Source: Wenzhouxiangella sp.
GTDB lineage: Bacteria; Pseudomonadota; Gammaproteobacteria; Xanthomonadales; Wenzhouxiangellaceae
Assembly (NCBI GenBank): GCA_041747995.1
Contig: JBGTEC010000038.1
Location: forward strand, 16,327-80,326
Reading direction: 5' to 3'
Length of the DNA stretch: 64,000 bases
The notes under the pieces were generated by a model. It was given only the letters and a program-made list of their open reading frames with translations, was not told the DNA's origin and did not search any database. Shown one piece after another: positions 32,712 to 42,411 of this stretch (its first letter is position 1; each line of letters opens with the position of its first letter). The translations under genes were made by a program, and so were the position numbers.

Positions 32712-33164
32712 TCAGAACGGAATATCGTCTTCCAGGTTGCCGCCGCCGGATTGACCCGACCGCCCGGAGGGTTCCTCGGAACCGCCGTAGCCGCCACCCC
32801 GGTCCTCCAGTGGCTCGCTGCCACCACCCTTGCTGTCAAGCATCTGCATATCGTTGGCGACGATTTCGGTCGTCCAGCGGTCATTGCCATCCTTGTCCTG
32901 CCACTTGCGTGTCTGCAACCGACCCTCGATGTAGACCTTGGAGCCCTTGCGCAGATATTCGCCGGCAATCTCGGCCAGCTTGCTGAACATCACGACCTTG
33001 TGCCACTCGGTCTTTTCCTGCATGTCGCCGCTCTGGCGATCACGCCAGGACTCGGAAGTCGCCACGGACAGCGTTGTGACGGCGTTGCCACCGGCGGTAT
33101 GGCGGGTTTCCGGGTCAGCGCCCAGATTGCCGATGAGAATAACCTTGTTGATTCCTCGGGCCAT
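32712..33164 (-). CDS. ssb: Single-stranded DNA-binding protein
   Basis: [18 protein letters not shown]. Confidence 0.98.
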   Translation of the reverse strand: MARGINKVILIGNLGADPETRHTAGGNAVTTLSVATSESWRDRQSGDMQEKTEWHKVVMFSKLAEIAGEYLRKGSKVYIEGRLQTRKWQDKDGNDRWTTEIVANDMQMLDSKGGGSEPLEDRGGGYGGSEEPSGRSGQSGGGNLEDDIPF

Positions 33165-33296
33165 ATTCTACGGGCCTCCCTGTCGATTCGTGGATGAATG
33201 AAAAACTGGGCCAAAGTCTAGCACAGCGGCCGCCCCGGACCCTCTGAGAAAAAGTCGTGTGATGCTATAGGAAAACGGCTCGTATAATTGTCAGCC

Positions 33297-34295
33297 ATGA
33301 ACGATATTTCCGTGACTTCACTTCCCGCCAATCTCGACGAGGTCATGCAATTGACCGCCGCTGATCGTCGCGCCGTCGATGAGCTCATTACCCGACGCCT
33401 GAGTTCGGATATTGCCCTGGTCAATCAGATCAGCACCTACATCATTGGTGGCGGAGGCAAGCGGTTGCGACCGCTCGTTCACCTGCTTGCCGCACGGGCT
33501 TCCGGCTATCGTGGCGGCGAACATGTCCAGATGGCAGCGATCATCGAGTTCATACACACTGCCACCCTACTCCATGACGATGTAGTCGATGAATCCAGTC
33601 GGCGGCGAGGAAAGGAAACCGCGCATCGCATCTGGGGCAATGCAGCCTCGGTCCTGGTTGGCGATTTTCTCTACTCCCGCAGCTTTCAGATGATGGTCGA
33701 GCTCGAGCGCCTGGAAGTCATGGGCATCCTGGCTGACACGACCAACACGATCGCCGAAGGCGAGGTGCTGCAGTTGATGCAGATGGGTAACGCCGACCTG
33801 AGCGTTGACGACTATTTCCAGGTCATTTCGGACAAGACGGCCTGCCTGTTTGCAGCCAGCGCGCGACTCGGTGGCTTGATTGCCGATCGCGGTAGCGATA
33901 CCTGCCAGGCACTCGGGAAGTTCGGGCTCTATCTCGGCCAGGCATTCCAGATCACCGATGATGTTCTCGATTATCGCGCTGACGATGAGGCCCTCGGCAA
34001 GAACCTTGGCGACGATCTGGCCGAGGGCAAGGTAACCTTGCCCCTCATTCTGGCCATGAGCCTAGCTACCGCCAAAGAGAATTCGGCCATGCGCGAGATG
34101 ATCACATCTGGCGGCAGCACCCGCTATCGGGACGTGCAAGATATCATGGAACGGACCGGGGCACTGGACAAGGCCATGGAGCAGGCACATCAATTGGCCG
34201 GACAAGCGAGAAACTGCCTGGCCGGTCTCGAAGCCAGCCCGGACCGGCGCGCGCTCGAGCTCCTTGCCGACTACGCGGTCGACCGGTCCCTGTAG
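33297..34295 (+). CDS. ispB: Octaprenyl-diphosphate synthase
   Basis: GGKRLRP, LLHDDVVD, FQITDDVLD. Confidence 0.93.
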   Translation: MNDISVTSLPANLDEVMQLTAADRRAVDELITRRLSSDIALVNQISTYIIGGGGKRLRPLVHLLAARASGYRGGEHVQMAAIIEFIHTATLLHDDVVDESSRRRGKETAHRIWGNAASVLVGDFLYSRSFQMMVELERLEVMGILADTTNTIAEGEVLQLMQMGNADLSVDDYFQVISDKTACLFAASARLGGLIADRGSDTCQALGKFGLYLGQAFQITDDVLDYRADDEALGKNLGDDLAEGKVTLPLILAMSLATAKENSAMREMITSGGSTRYRDVQDIMERTGALDKAMEQAHQLAGQARNCLAGLEASPDRRALELLADYAVDRSL

Positions 34296-35602
34296 GCCGC
34301 TACGGCTGCACGGAAACAATCGCCGCGCTGCTCAAAGTCACGAAAGTGAGGGAAACTGGGTGCGCCCGGAGAGAGCAAAACCGTGCCGCCCGGAGCACTT
34401 TGGCGGACGGCTGCATCAATTGCCGCCTTGATGTCACTCACAGCATGGACATGCTCTGCCTTGATTGCGCGCTCCGAGACCAGGCGTCGGGCGATCGCGG
34501 CACCGTTATCGGGCAGGACAACCAGTCCGGCGAGGACATGATCGCGACACCACTCAATTACCGGCGCCCAGTCGGCCGGCCGTTCCTGGCCTCCGGCGAT
34601 CAGGGTGAGGGGCTTGGCCTGCAAGGCATCCAGGGCGGCCCGTGTTGCATGTGGCGAGGTGGCAATGGAATCGTTGACCCAACGCCGCCCGTGAGCATGC
34701 GCGATGAACTCGAGCCGGTGTGGCAACGGTCGGAAACTGCGCAATGCGTCGACAATGACATCGAGTTTACAGCCCAGCAAGTGGGCCGCTTCCATGGCCA
34801 GCGCAGCGTTATCCAGATTATGCCGCCCCACCAATGCCAGCTCCTTGCTGGATACGAGTGGCAGTTGATCAAGGAAGATCTGATCGCCGCCGCGATGGAA
34901 ACCCGGAGAGCGATTACCTTCGATGCGCCCTGACACCGCCATGGTTGCAGCCTTCAATACAGGGTCGTGGCCGTTGATCACCAGCGGATTGCCCTTGAGC
35001 AAGTCAGCCAGGCGCAGCTTGCTGAAAAAATAATCAAGCTGGTTGCCATGCCAATCCAGATGCTCGTCAAAGAGCCGCGTCATGATGCCGAGACTCAGGC
35101 TGCCCTGCAAGTCGGCCAGCTGGTAACTCGATAATTCGGCAACGACGACGCTGGCTCTGGTATTCAGATGGTCCAGCAGGGGAACGCCAATATTACCGGC
35201 CAACAGCACATCGCGGCCGGCGCCACGAAGTAAGTGGGCCAGAATGGACGCAGTCGTGCTCTTGCCCTTGGAGCCGGTCACGCCGGCAATAGTGAGTTCG
35301 GGCCGCTCGCTGAACCAGATGGAAGCCGGGTTGATCAGCAGGCCACCCTGGTTACGATAGGCGACCAGCGCCGGGTGGTTGATCCGCACGCCCGGGGAAC
35401 GCAGCAAAACCTGGTAGTTCTGCAACTGCTCGTCGAACGGCCCGCTGACATACCTTGCCTGGTCCGGCGTTTCGCCGGACTCCACCAGCACAGTCAGATC
35501 GACATCGGGATGATAAGCGAGCAGAGCCGATACGGCACTGCGCCCCTCCCTGCCATAGCCCAGCACGCCGATTCGAAGCTGGCATAGCTGCTCAAGCCGC
35601 AC
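34271..35602 (-). CDS. murD: UDP-MurNAc-L-Ala-glutamate ligase, MurD2 type
   Basis: GYGREG, TGSKGKSTT, ELSSYQ, EHLDWHG, LPHRLE, NDSIAT, LLSPGAPSF; adjacent to murL. Confidence 0.88.
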   Translation of the reverse strand: MRLEQLCQLRIGVLGYGREGRSAVSALLAYHPDVDLTVLVESGETPDQARYVSGPFDEQLQNYQVLLRSPGVRINHPALVAYRNQGGLLINPASIWFSERPELTIAGVTGSKGKSTTASILAHLLRGAGRDVLLAGNIGVPLLDHLNTRASVVVAELSSYQLADLQGSLSLGIMTRLFDEHLDWHGNQLDYFFSKLRLADLLKGNPLVINGHDPVLKAATMAVSGRIEGNRSPGFHRGGDQIFLDQLPLVSSKELALVGRHNLDNAALAMEAAHLLGCKLDVIVDALRSFRPLPHRLEFIAHAHGRRWVNDSIATSPHATRAALDALQAKPLTLIAGGQERPADWAPVIEWCRDHVLAGLVVLPDNGAAIARRLVSERAIKAEHVHAVSDIKAAIDAAVRQSAPGGTVLLSPGAPSFPHFRDFEQRGDCFRAAVAAYRDRSTA

Positions 35603-36935
35603 GGATCAACCTCCCGGGGATCAGGTGGGGCCCTTGCGGCCGACACAGCGTATCCAGGTCTGGAACGGGGATACCGGCAAGGCGCTCATTCAGCGCAGCT
35701 ACAACCACATGGCTCGACCAGCGTACATCCGCAGCCAGTGCGACGATCGCCGCACGGGCCTCGTCAGCTTCACCGACGCACTCGAAAGGCTTGTTTCCAT
35801 CCAGTGCCAGCAACGCGCAAAAACCTTCGACCTGTCCTGGCTCGGCAAGCAAATCGCGACCGAATATCGCGGTCAGGTCCGGGGGTGTCATGAATGGCGC
35901 CATGGCCAGAAAAACGAAGTGGCATTTCGGGCATTGCCCACACCAGCGCGCAGTGCGGGGACCATCGAGGTGAAAGTTGCGGTTGCATGAGGAAAAACGG
36001 TCGTGAAAATCCGACAGATCGGCAAATTCTCGACAGATGCTCAACTCGCGATCGCGCCTCAGCAGGGAATAGACGCACAAGTCCGTGGCGATAAAGCGCC
36101 GGATCCACTCGCTGAGCATCAGTTCAAATTCGAACGATTTTGAAAATTGGTGATTGACCGACCGGCCCTGCTGATCGGTCCGGCTTGGCTCGTCGGCCGA
36201 CCGCTCGTTGGCAAAGGCAACAGCGTCATAATCGAGTATCAGGGCGGCAAGCACCAGGATGGCTGAATTGATTGCCGTCACCGGCACATGGCCATTCCAC
36301 GCCCCCTGGCGATTGAGCAGGCCCAGGGTCGGATCGATCCGCCGGCCGATGATCCAGTGCTTGCCGGCAAGCCGGTTACCGAGCCCGGCAATCAACTCGG
36401 ACTGTCCAATCTGAACCGAAGCGGTCGACTCACCCATCTTTTGCAGGCGAGACCAGGCAACCAGCGAATCCTTGCCGCCACCCATCGGCACCAGCGTCCG
36501 CTGTGCCAGCCCGGCCACGACCGCTTCGCCCGCTTCGCCAGCCACGGCGGGAAAATCCGGCCATTGTGACGCGTCAATGTCATTGGTCCAGGCAAATTCA
36601 GCCAGGCCCTGCCGGTACAGTCGACTCAGCCAGGCAGCCTGCCAGGGATCAGGCGCCGTGCCCGTGAATTCGATTCGCGGTGGGCAACCAGCTTTCCAGT
36701 AACTGATCGCTGCGGTCCAGTGCAGCAAGTCAAGCGCGCCTTCAATCGCCTGCAAACGGCAAGAATCCAGGTCGATATTTGAAGCCGGCAGATCGATCCG
36801 CTCCTCCAGCCGGATGCCATCGAGTTCGTACCCAAGCAGCACCTCGCCAGTGGCCGGATCCAGCGATCGCTTGAGGAACACGAAACGGCGGCTGCTACAG
36901 CGGTCCCAACCGATCAGGTCGGAATGCGGCAGCAC
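35592..36935 (-). CDS. murL: UDP-MurNAc-L-Ala-L-Glu epimerase
   Basis: GGGKDS, NGHVPVT, NHQFSKS, FSSCNRNF, WCGQCPKC, KPFECVG. GTG start 1 nt after the upstream stop. Confidence 0.85.
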   Translation of the reverse strand: MLPHSDLIGWDRCSSRRFVFLKRSLDPATGEVLLGYELDGIRLEERIDLPASNIDLDSCRLQAIEGALDLLHWTAAISYWKAGCPPRIEFTGTAPDPWQAAWLSRLYRQGLAEFAWTNDIDASQWPDFPAVAGEAGEAVVAGLAQRTLVPMGGGKDSLVAWSRLQKMGESTASVQIGQSELIAGLGNRLAGKHWIIGRRIDPTLGLLNRQGAWNGHVPVTAINSAILVLAALILDYDAVAFANERSADEPSRTDQQGRSVNHQFSKSFEFELMLSEWIRRFIATDLCVYSLLRRDRELSICREFADLSDFHDRFSSCNRNFHLDGPRTARWCGQCPKCHFVFLAMAPFMTPPDLTAIFGRDLLAEPGQVEGFCALLALDGNKPFECVGEADEARAAIVALAADVRWSSHVVVAALNERLAGIPVPDLDTLCRPQGPHLIPGRLIRAA

Positions 36936-36936
36936 G

Positions 36937-38127
36937 CTAATTCTCCTTGACGATGAGGGGCTCGGTGTCCTGCTCCGAATCCCCTCGTGCCCGCGGCCAG
37001 GCCCGTAATACCGCATTGACCAGCGTTGCCAGTGGGATTGCAAAGAAGATGCCCCAAAACCCCCAGATGCCGCCAAAGACCAGCACGGCAGTAATGATGG
37101 CGACCGGATGCAGGTTGACCACTTCGGAGAACAAAACGGGCACCAGCACATTGCCGTCCAGGGCCTGGATCACCGCGTAGGCAATCATGACCCACCAGAA
37201 AGCCGCGCTCAGACCAAACGCCACGAGAGCCACGAGTGCAACCGGGATGGTCACGACCGCCGCACCGATATAGGGAATGATCACTGAAAAGCCGACCAGC
37301 ATGGACAGCAGCATGGCAAACGGCAGACCAAGCAGGGCGAATACAAAATAGGTCACGACCCAGACGATCAGAATCTCGACCACCTTGCCCCGTACGTAGT
37401 TGCCAATCTGGGCGTCGACTTCCTGCCAGACACTGGTGACCAGGGCCCGGTCGCGCGGCATGTAGCGAGCCAGCCAGTCGATCAGAACACGCTTGTCCTT
37501 GAGGAAGAAAAACACCAGGACCGGCATCAGAACGAGAAAGATCAGCAGGCTGACCACGCCCATCACGCCTGACAGGGACACCAGCGTAGCGCCATAGCTG
37601 ACCAACTCGGTCCCGAGATTGTCCAGCATCCTCGAGAGCTGCTCTTCGGAAATCAAAGCCAATTGACGCTCACCCTCATCTGCCACTATCGTGCCATTTT
37701 CGGGAAAATGCGGCAGCGGCGCAATAACCGGATCAGGCTCCGCTGCCGGCGCAACGATCTGCGGATAGCGTTCAGGCAGCGTCGCAAGCCATTCCTGGGC
37801 TCTGGCGATATAGCTGGGAAGCTGCTGGACGATAGCGGCCAACTGGCGCGTCAGCATCGGCAGCAAACCAAAAATCAGGAAGAACAGGGTTGCCATGAAC
37901 GCGGTGAATACGGTGATGACGCTCATCAGCCGCGGCACGCCAAAGCGTTCCAGGCGCTGAACGGCGCCCTCCAGCAGGTAGGCGATAATCAGGCTGGCCA
38001 CAACCGGGGTGAGCATCCGGCCAAAAAGCACGACGACCGCGACACCCAGAACAAGAAACAGGGCAAGTATGACCACCTGTGGGTCTGAGAAGTTACGATG
38101 GAACCAGTGGCTGATGCGAGTAATCAT
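36937..38127 (-). CDS. AI-2E family transporter (PerM-like)
   Basis: IGNYVRGK, IPYIGA, QALDGNVLVP.LFSEVVNLHP. Confidence 0.9.
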   Translation of the reverse strand: MITRISHWFHRNFSDPQVVILALFLVLGVAVVVLFGRMLTPVVASLIIAYLLEGAVQRLERFGVPRLMSVITVFTAFMATLFFLIFGLLPMLTRQLAAIVQQLPSYIARAQEWLATLPERYPQIVAPAAEPDPVIAPLPHFPENGTIVADEGERQLALISEEQLSRMLDNLGTELVSYGATLVSLSGVMGVVSLLIFLVLMPVLVFFFLKDKRVLIDWLARYMPRDRALVTSVWQEVDAQIGNYVRGKVVEILIVWVVTYFVFALLGLPFAMLLSMLVGFSVIIPYIGAAVVTIPVALVALVAFGLSAAFWWVMIAYAVIQALDGNVLVPVLFSEVVNLHPVAIITAVLVFGGIWGFWGIFFAIPLATLVNAVLRAWPRARGDSEQDTEPLIVKEN

Positions 38128-38213
38128 TGTTGACGATTATACGGTCTGCCGACGATCGCGCACGTTTCGGCAGTCATCCACTGGTGGCCGGACGGCCACC
38201 GCACGCCGCAGCG

Positions 38214-39395
38214 TCAGAAACCGAACTTGATCATCGCCTGAACTTCCAGGCCCTGATCCAGCTTATCGGAAACGATACCCAGGACGTTGCCGCCAAAGGC
38301 AAACTCGGGTGGGGCGTATGCCGCAGACAGTTGAAGTTGCATTCGCGCACCCAGGCCCTTGGACACCCCGGCCAGCAAAGCATTTTTTGCCAGTTCCGGA
38401 CCCAGCGCCGCGGCAAGCACAGACGAACTGGGCAGGGGCTGCGAACGGGTCCGATAATCAAGGTAGAAGGAAAAATCGCTTTCATGCCGCCACCGCCAGC
38501 CGATGCTGTAAACCAGCAGGTCTTCCCACTCGAACTGCGGGCTGGTGCTGTCGCCGAGCAAGGCGTTGAAGCGTGCCGGCAGAGTGCGGCTTGGAAATGC
38601 GCCAACTTCGCTGTAAAAGATTTGCGCCATACCCAGGCTCAGCGATGCGCGTTCAGAAACGTGAAACCGCATGCCCAGATTGACTCGGGAAGGAATGTCA
38701 AATTCCGCCTCGCTGCCGTGAAACCCCTGCAGCGAGGCAAACTCGGCCATATCGATCTTGGATTGGTATGCGGCCTCCAGAGTCAGGTTGGGCAGCAGGT
38801 CATTGCTGAATGCCAGACGGACGCCTGCGCCCTGGGCCACTTCACTGTGCCCTTGAGGCTGAAACAACCCCCTGGACCGTATTTCAGCCGGATCGCTGGT
38901 CTCGTTCAGATTGAGGTCGCCAGTACCGAAGCGCTGCGTCGCCAGAACGGCCGATACGGTCACTGAGCTGTGATCAGATACCTGGTGGGTAATTCCCGGT
39001 ACCAGCAGCGATTGCTCGAATCGCATCTTTCCGTTGGCCGTCAGGCCGACGGAGCTCTCAGTCAATAGCGAAGCATTTTGCTGATACAGCGAAAAGGCCA
39101 TCGGCGTCCGAGCCCGAACCATCAGAGAGGCGGCGAAGTCGGGTATGATCAACCGCTCATCCAGATGCAGCCAGGATACCCGTGGCACCTGGTCGCTGGT
39201 CAGGCGTTCCAGACTCGGTGTCAGCTCATGAATGAGATATTCATCCCACGGCCCCAGCTCGAACGCCACCATGAACCAGGACATCCCCGTATAGGACATT
39301 CCCGGCAGGCCATGAGACACGCGCATCGACGCCTGAGCCTGCGCCGCCAGGAGCAAGGACATGGCCAATAAGGGTATTGCGCGCCTCAACTTCAC
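38214..39395 (-). CDS. Outer-membrane beta-barrel protein, FadL-like
   Basis: Signal peptide ending AQA; amphipathic strands; C-terminal IKFGF with terminal Phe. Start uncertain. Confidence 0.6.
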   Translation of the reverse strand: MKLRRAIPLLAMSLLLAAQAQASMRVSHGLPGMSYTGMSWFMVAFELGPWDEYLIHELTPSLERLTSDQVPRVSWLHLDERLIIPDFAASLMVRARTPMAFSLYQQNASLLTESSVGLTANGKMRFEQSLLVPGITHQVSDHSSVTVSAVLATQRFGTGDLNLNETSDPAEIRSRGLFQPQGHSEVAQGAGVRLAFSNDLLPNLTLEAAYQSKIDMAEFASLQGFHGSEAEFDIPSRVNLGMRFHVSERASLSLGMAQIFYSEVGAFPSRTLPARFNALLGDSTSPQFEWEDLLVYSIGWRWRHESDFSFYLDYRTRSQPLPSSSVLAAALGPELAKNALLAGVSKGLGARMQLQLSAAYAPPEFAFGGNVLGIVSDKLDQGLEVQAMIKFGF

Positions 39396-39498
39396 TTGTT
39401 GGTATCGTGATCTTTTAGGAAATCCCAGGATCAATTTTAATCCGGCGCTTGGCATAAATACAACGTTTCATCGCTGTTTTTTTATCACCACCGACCGC

Positions 39499-39528
39499 TT
39501 GACGCCAATTACTTGAAATTTCTACACT
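39499..39528 (+). promoter_or_regulatory. Sigma70 promoter of thiD
   Basis: TTGACG-18 nt-TACACT, 25 nt upstream of ATG 39554. Confidence 0.55.
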
Positions 39529-39553
39529 TTTCGAAGATAACGGAGTGTTGCAA

Positions 39554-40381
39554 ATGAGCCACACCGGGCAAGCCGAGTCACAAGTATATAACGGGCTCAC
39601 CATCGCGGGATCCGACTCCTCCGGAGGAGCTGGCATACAGGCTGACATCAAGACCATGACAAGCCTCAGGGTTGAGGCTGCCAGCGTGCTGACTGCGGTT
39701 ACCGCTCAAAACACCCTGGGCGTACATGACATGGCGCCTTTGAGCGCTCGCCTGGTCAAGGCTCAACTTCGCGCAGTACTGGACGACCTCCCGATTACCG
39801 CAGCCAAAACCGGCATGCTGGCCAACGCCGGAATCATCGAAGCTGTCGCAGCCGGGTTCCGGCCCGGCACTGGTGTGCGACTTGTCGTTGACCCCGTGAT
39901 GATCGCCACCAGCGGCGCACGGTTGCTCGACCGTGATGCGGAGCAGGTCCTGATCAACCAACTGCTGCCGTTGGCGACCCTGGTGACGCCGAACCTTCCG
40001 GAAGCAGCAGTTCTCACCGGCCTGAGCAGCACAACCTCCCCTGACAAGCTGGCCGACAGAATACTGGCCCTCGGCTGCACTGCTGTTCTGATCAAGGGCG
40101 GGCATGCGAGCGGGGACCGCGTTGAGGATCTGCTGGTGACTGCAAACAGCAGGCGGGTTTTCAGCCATCCTCGCTCAAGGTACAGCATTCATGGCACCGG
40201 CTGTGCCTTGTCAGCCGCCATTACCGCCTGCCTGGCGCGTGGCCAGGGCCTGGATGAGGCCGTTGATTCGGCTATCGAATGGCTGCAGATCCGCATTGCC
40301 CGATGCTGGCAGCCGCGCTCAGGTCAGTTGGCCATGCTGCCGTTTGGTCTTGATTCGGAATCGAAATCGACCAGGCGCTGA
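39554..40381 (+). CDS. thiD: Hydroxymethylpyrimidine/phosphomethylpyrimidine kinase
   Basis: IAGSDSSGGAGIQADIKT, VVDPVM, TPNLPEA, HGTGC. Confidence 0.95.
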   Translation: MSHTGQAESQVYNGLTIAGSDSSGGAGIQADIKTMTSLRVEAASVLTAVTAQNTLGVHDMAPLSARLVKAQLRAVLDDLPITAAKTGMLANAGIIEAVAAGFRPGTGVRLVVDPVMIATSGARLLDRDAEQVLINQLLPLATLVTPNLPEAAVLTGLSSTTSPDKLADRILALGCTAVLIKGGHASGDRVEDLLVTANSRRVFSHPRSRYSIHGTGCALSAAITACLARGQGLDEAVDSAIEWLQIRIARCWQPRSGQLAMLPFGLDSESKSTRR

Positions 40382-40382
40382 T

Positions 40383-41390
40383 TCAGCCGAGACGCTCACA
40401 GATCGCATCGGTAAAATCTTTCGTGGTGCCGCTGCCGCCCAGGTCGGGCGTGGTGCGATCGCTGCTTTCGATCGTTTCGGCGATGGCGGCGCGCAAACGC
40501 CGCGCATTGTCGTGCTGCTCGATATGCTCAAGCATTTGGGTCGCCGCCAGCAACAGGGCGCACGGATTGGCGATTCCCTGGCCGGCAATGTCCGGTGCCG
40601 AGCCGTGGACCGCTTCGAACATGGCTGCCTCCTTGCCTATGTTCGCGCCAGGGGCCAGGCCCAGACCGCCAACCAGCCCCGCGCACAGGTCCGAAATGAT
40701 GTCGCCGAACAGGTTTGTCGTCACGATGACATCGAACTGCTCCGGACGCATGACCAGCTGCATGCAGGCATTGTCGACAATCATGTCGCTGAATTCGATG
40801 CCCTTGAATTCGCTGGCGACATCACGGGCCACATCGAGAAACATGCCGGTCACATCCTTGAGGATGTTGGCCTTGTGGACGGCGGTCACCTTGCGTCGGC
40901 CGGACCGTCTGGCCAATTCGAAAGCGAAGCGGACAACCCGCTCACAGCCAACCCGCGTCACTACCATCTTCGACTCGGCTCGCGATCCGTCCGCGGCGGT
41001 GAACGCACCTTCGGCCAGGTAGGCGCCTTCGGTGTTTTCGCGAACCGTGATCAGATCGATGTCGGTGTATCGCGAACGTGTCCCCTTGAAACTGATGGCC
41101 GGGCGGACGTTGGCGTACAGGTCAAAATGCTTGCGCAATGCCACATTGAGTGACTTGAAGCCGCCACCAACCGGCGTGGTCAGCGGCGCCTTGAGGGCAA
41201 CGCGGTTGGCCTTGATCGATGCCAGGGTGGCCTCAGGAAGCAACTCTCCGCTCTGTTCCAGCGCCGCGAGGCCGGCCAACTGAAAATCATAGCCCAGGCC
41301 CGCATCCAGCGTGTCGAGCACGCGCAGGGTGGCGTCCATGATCTCGGGGCCGATACCGTCGCCGCGAATTACGGTTATTTGCTGGGTCAC
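40383..41390 (-). CDS. icd: Isocitrate dehydrogenase, short IDH3-like (probably NAD-dependent) type
   Basis: GDGIGPEI, SLNVALRK, RENTEG.Y, HKANILK, NLFGDIISDL, FEAVHGSAPDIAG. Confidence 0.85.
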   Translation of the reverse strand: MTQQITVIRGDGIGPEIMDATLRVLDTLDAGLGYDFQLAGLAALEQSGELLPEATLASIKANRVALKAPLTTPVGGGFKSLNVALRKHFDLYANVRPAISFKGTRSRYTDIDLITVRENTEGAYLAEGAFTAADGSRAESKMVVTRVGCERVVRFAFELARRSGRRKVTAVHKANILKDVTGMFLDVARDVASEFKGIEFSDMIVDNACMQLVMRPEQFDVIVTTNLFGDIISDLCAGLVGGLGLAPGANIGKEAAMFEAVHGSAPDIAGQGIANPCALLLAATQMLEHIEQHDNARRLRAAIAETIESSDRTTPDLGGSGTTKDFTDAICERLG

Positions 41391-41451
41391 AGGGGGTCCT
41401 TGGAAGAAACTTGAGAGTCAGCCGGCCATTATAGCGGGGTTCGAGCGTTTT

Positions 41452-41718
41452 TCAGCCCCCAACCCCCAGCAAACGATCAAGCGCCCCTTCCTGATTCAGC
41501 GCATCGAGATCGTCGTATCCGCCGACGTGGGTATCGCCGACAAAAATCTGGGGCACCGTCCGGCGCCCTGCGCGTTCCATCATTTCGGCCCGCATCTCAG
41601 GTTGGGCATTCAACGAGATCTCGGTCCATTTCACGTTCTTCGACTGCAACAGGTTACGAGCCGCCACGCAGTAGGGGCACGAGGCTGTCGAGTACATGAT
41701 GATTTCAGGCTGATTCAT
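41452..41718 (-). CDS. grxC: Glutaredoxin 3
   Basis: CPYC, TVPQIF, GGYDDL. Confidence 0.95.
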   Translation of the reverse strand: MNQPEIIMYSTASCPYCVAARNLLQSKNVKWTEISLNAQPEMRAEMMERAGRRTVPQIFVGDTHVGGYDDLDALNQEGALDRLLGVGG

Positions 41719-41746
41719 TGGTCATCCTCAAAAAAAGATATTGTTT

Positions 41747-42100
41747 TCAGATACACCAGGCTGGCTTGCTCAGACCACCGTATTTGCAAGCCTGGCGAAC
41801 AGGGTTTTCGCTGAACAATCGGTAGACCTCTCGACTGCCCAACGAGGAATCATCGTGCTTGCGGCGCATTTCGGCCACAACCACTCTCATCAGCGGCGGC
41901 GTGCCATAGTTGTGGTGGTAGCGGCGCACGAATTCAATCAGCCACAAGTGATCGGATCCGAGCTCGACGCCGTCGCAACGAGCCAATGCCCGAGCGACAT
42001 CCGGGCTCCATTGTTCCGACCGGACCAGGTGGCCATCGGCGTCCAGCTCGATTTGCTGTCCGCTGGCAGACAACAGCTGGTCACCACCCGGTTGCGTCAT
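41747..42100 (-). CDS. tusE: TusE/DsrC family sulfur carrier
   Basis: DADGHL..WSPDVA..HLWLIEFVR..ACKYGGLSKPAWCI. Confidence 0.85.
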   Translation of the reverse strand: MTQPGGDQLLSASGQQIELDADGHLVRSEQWSPDVARALARCDGVELGSDHLWLIEFVRRYHHNYGTPPLMRVVVAEMRRKHDDSSLGSREVYRLFSENPVRQACKYGGLSKPAWCI

Positions 42101-42411
42101 AGGTCGAGGCAACTCCTGCCTTTGCTCAGCTCATCAAGCTCATCACCACCAACCCGGCGAACCGGTAAATCAACGGACACGGGTTCGCCGGCTTCGGCGC
42201 GCATCCAGAGGGTTGCCAGCTCATAGTCAGTCAGTTGCCGCCACATCTTTGCCCAGGGAGCGCGCAGATGGTCAACGCCCAGACCTTCAAACAGGACGGT
42301 CAGGTCAGCTTCCAGGCTGGCCCCGGCCAGGATGAGCTCGAGCATCTCGATGCTCCCGACCTCATCCGGCGCCGATCGAATGCGGACAAGGAAGGCGTTA
42401 CCGGCCATCAT
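42097..42411 (-). CDS. TusC/DsrF-like protein
   Basis: SAP..EMLELILAGASLE..VLFEGLGV; lies between tusD-like and tusE-like genes. Confidence 0.65.
   Translation of the reverse strand: MMAGNAFLVRIRSAPDEVGSIEMLELILAGASLEADLTVLFEGLGVDHLRAPWAKMWRQLTDYELATLWMRAEAGEPVSVDLPVRRVGGDELDELSKGRSCLDL

Noticed and set aside
38136-38200. Two small hairpins between the beta-barrel gene and the AI-2E gene as an ncRNA
   Set aside because: Short GC stems only; compatible with a terminator or chance, with no family features.
39396-39553. TPP riboswitch upstream of thiD
   Set aside because: No CTGAGA core or compatible stems; the predicted promoter leaves too short a leader.
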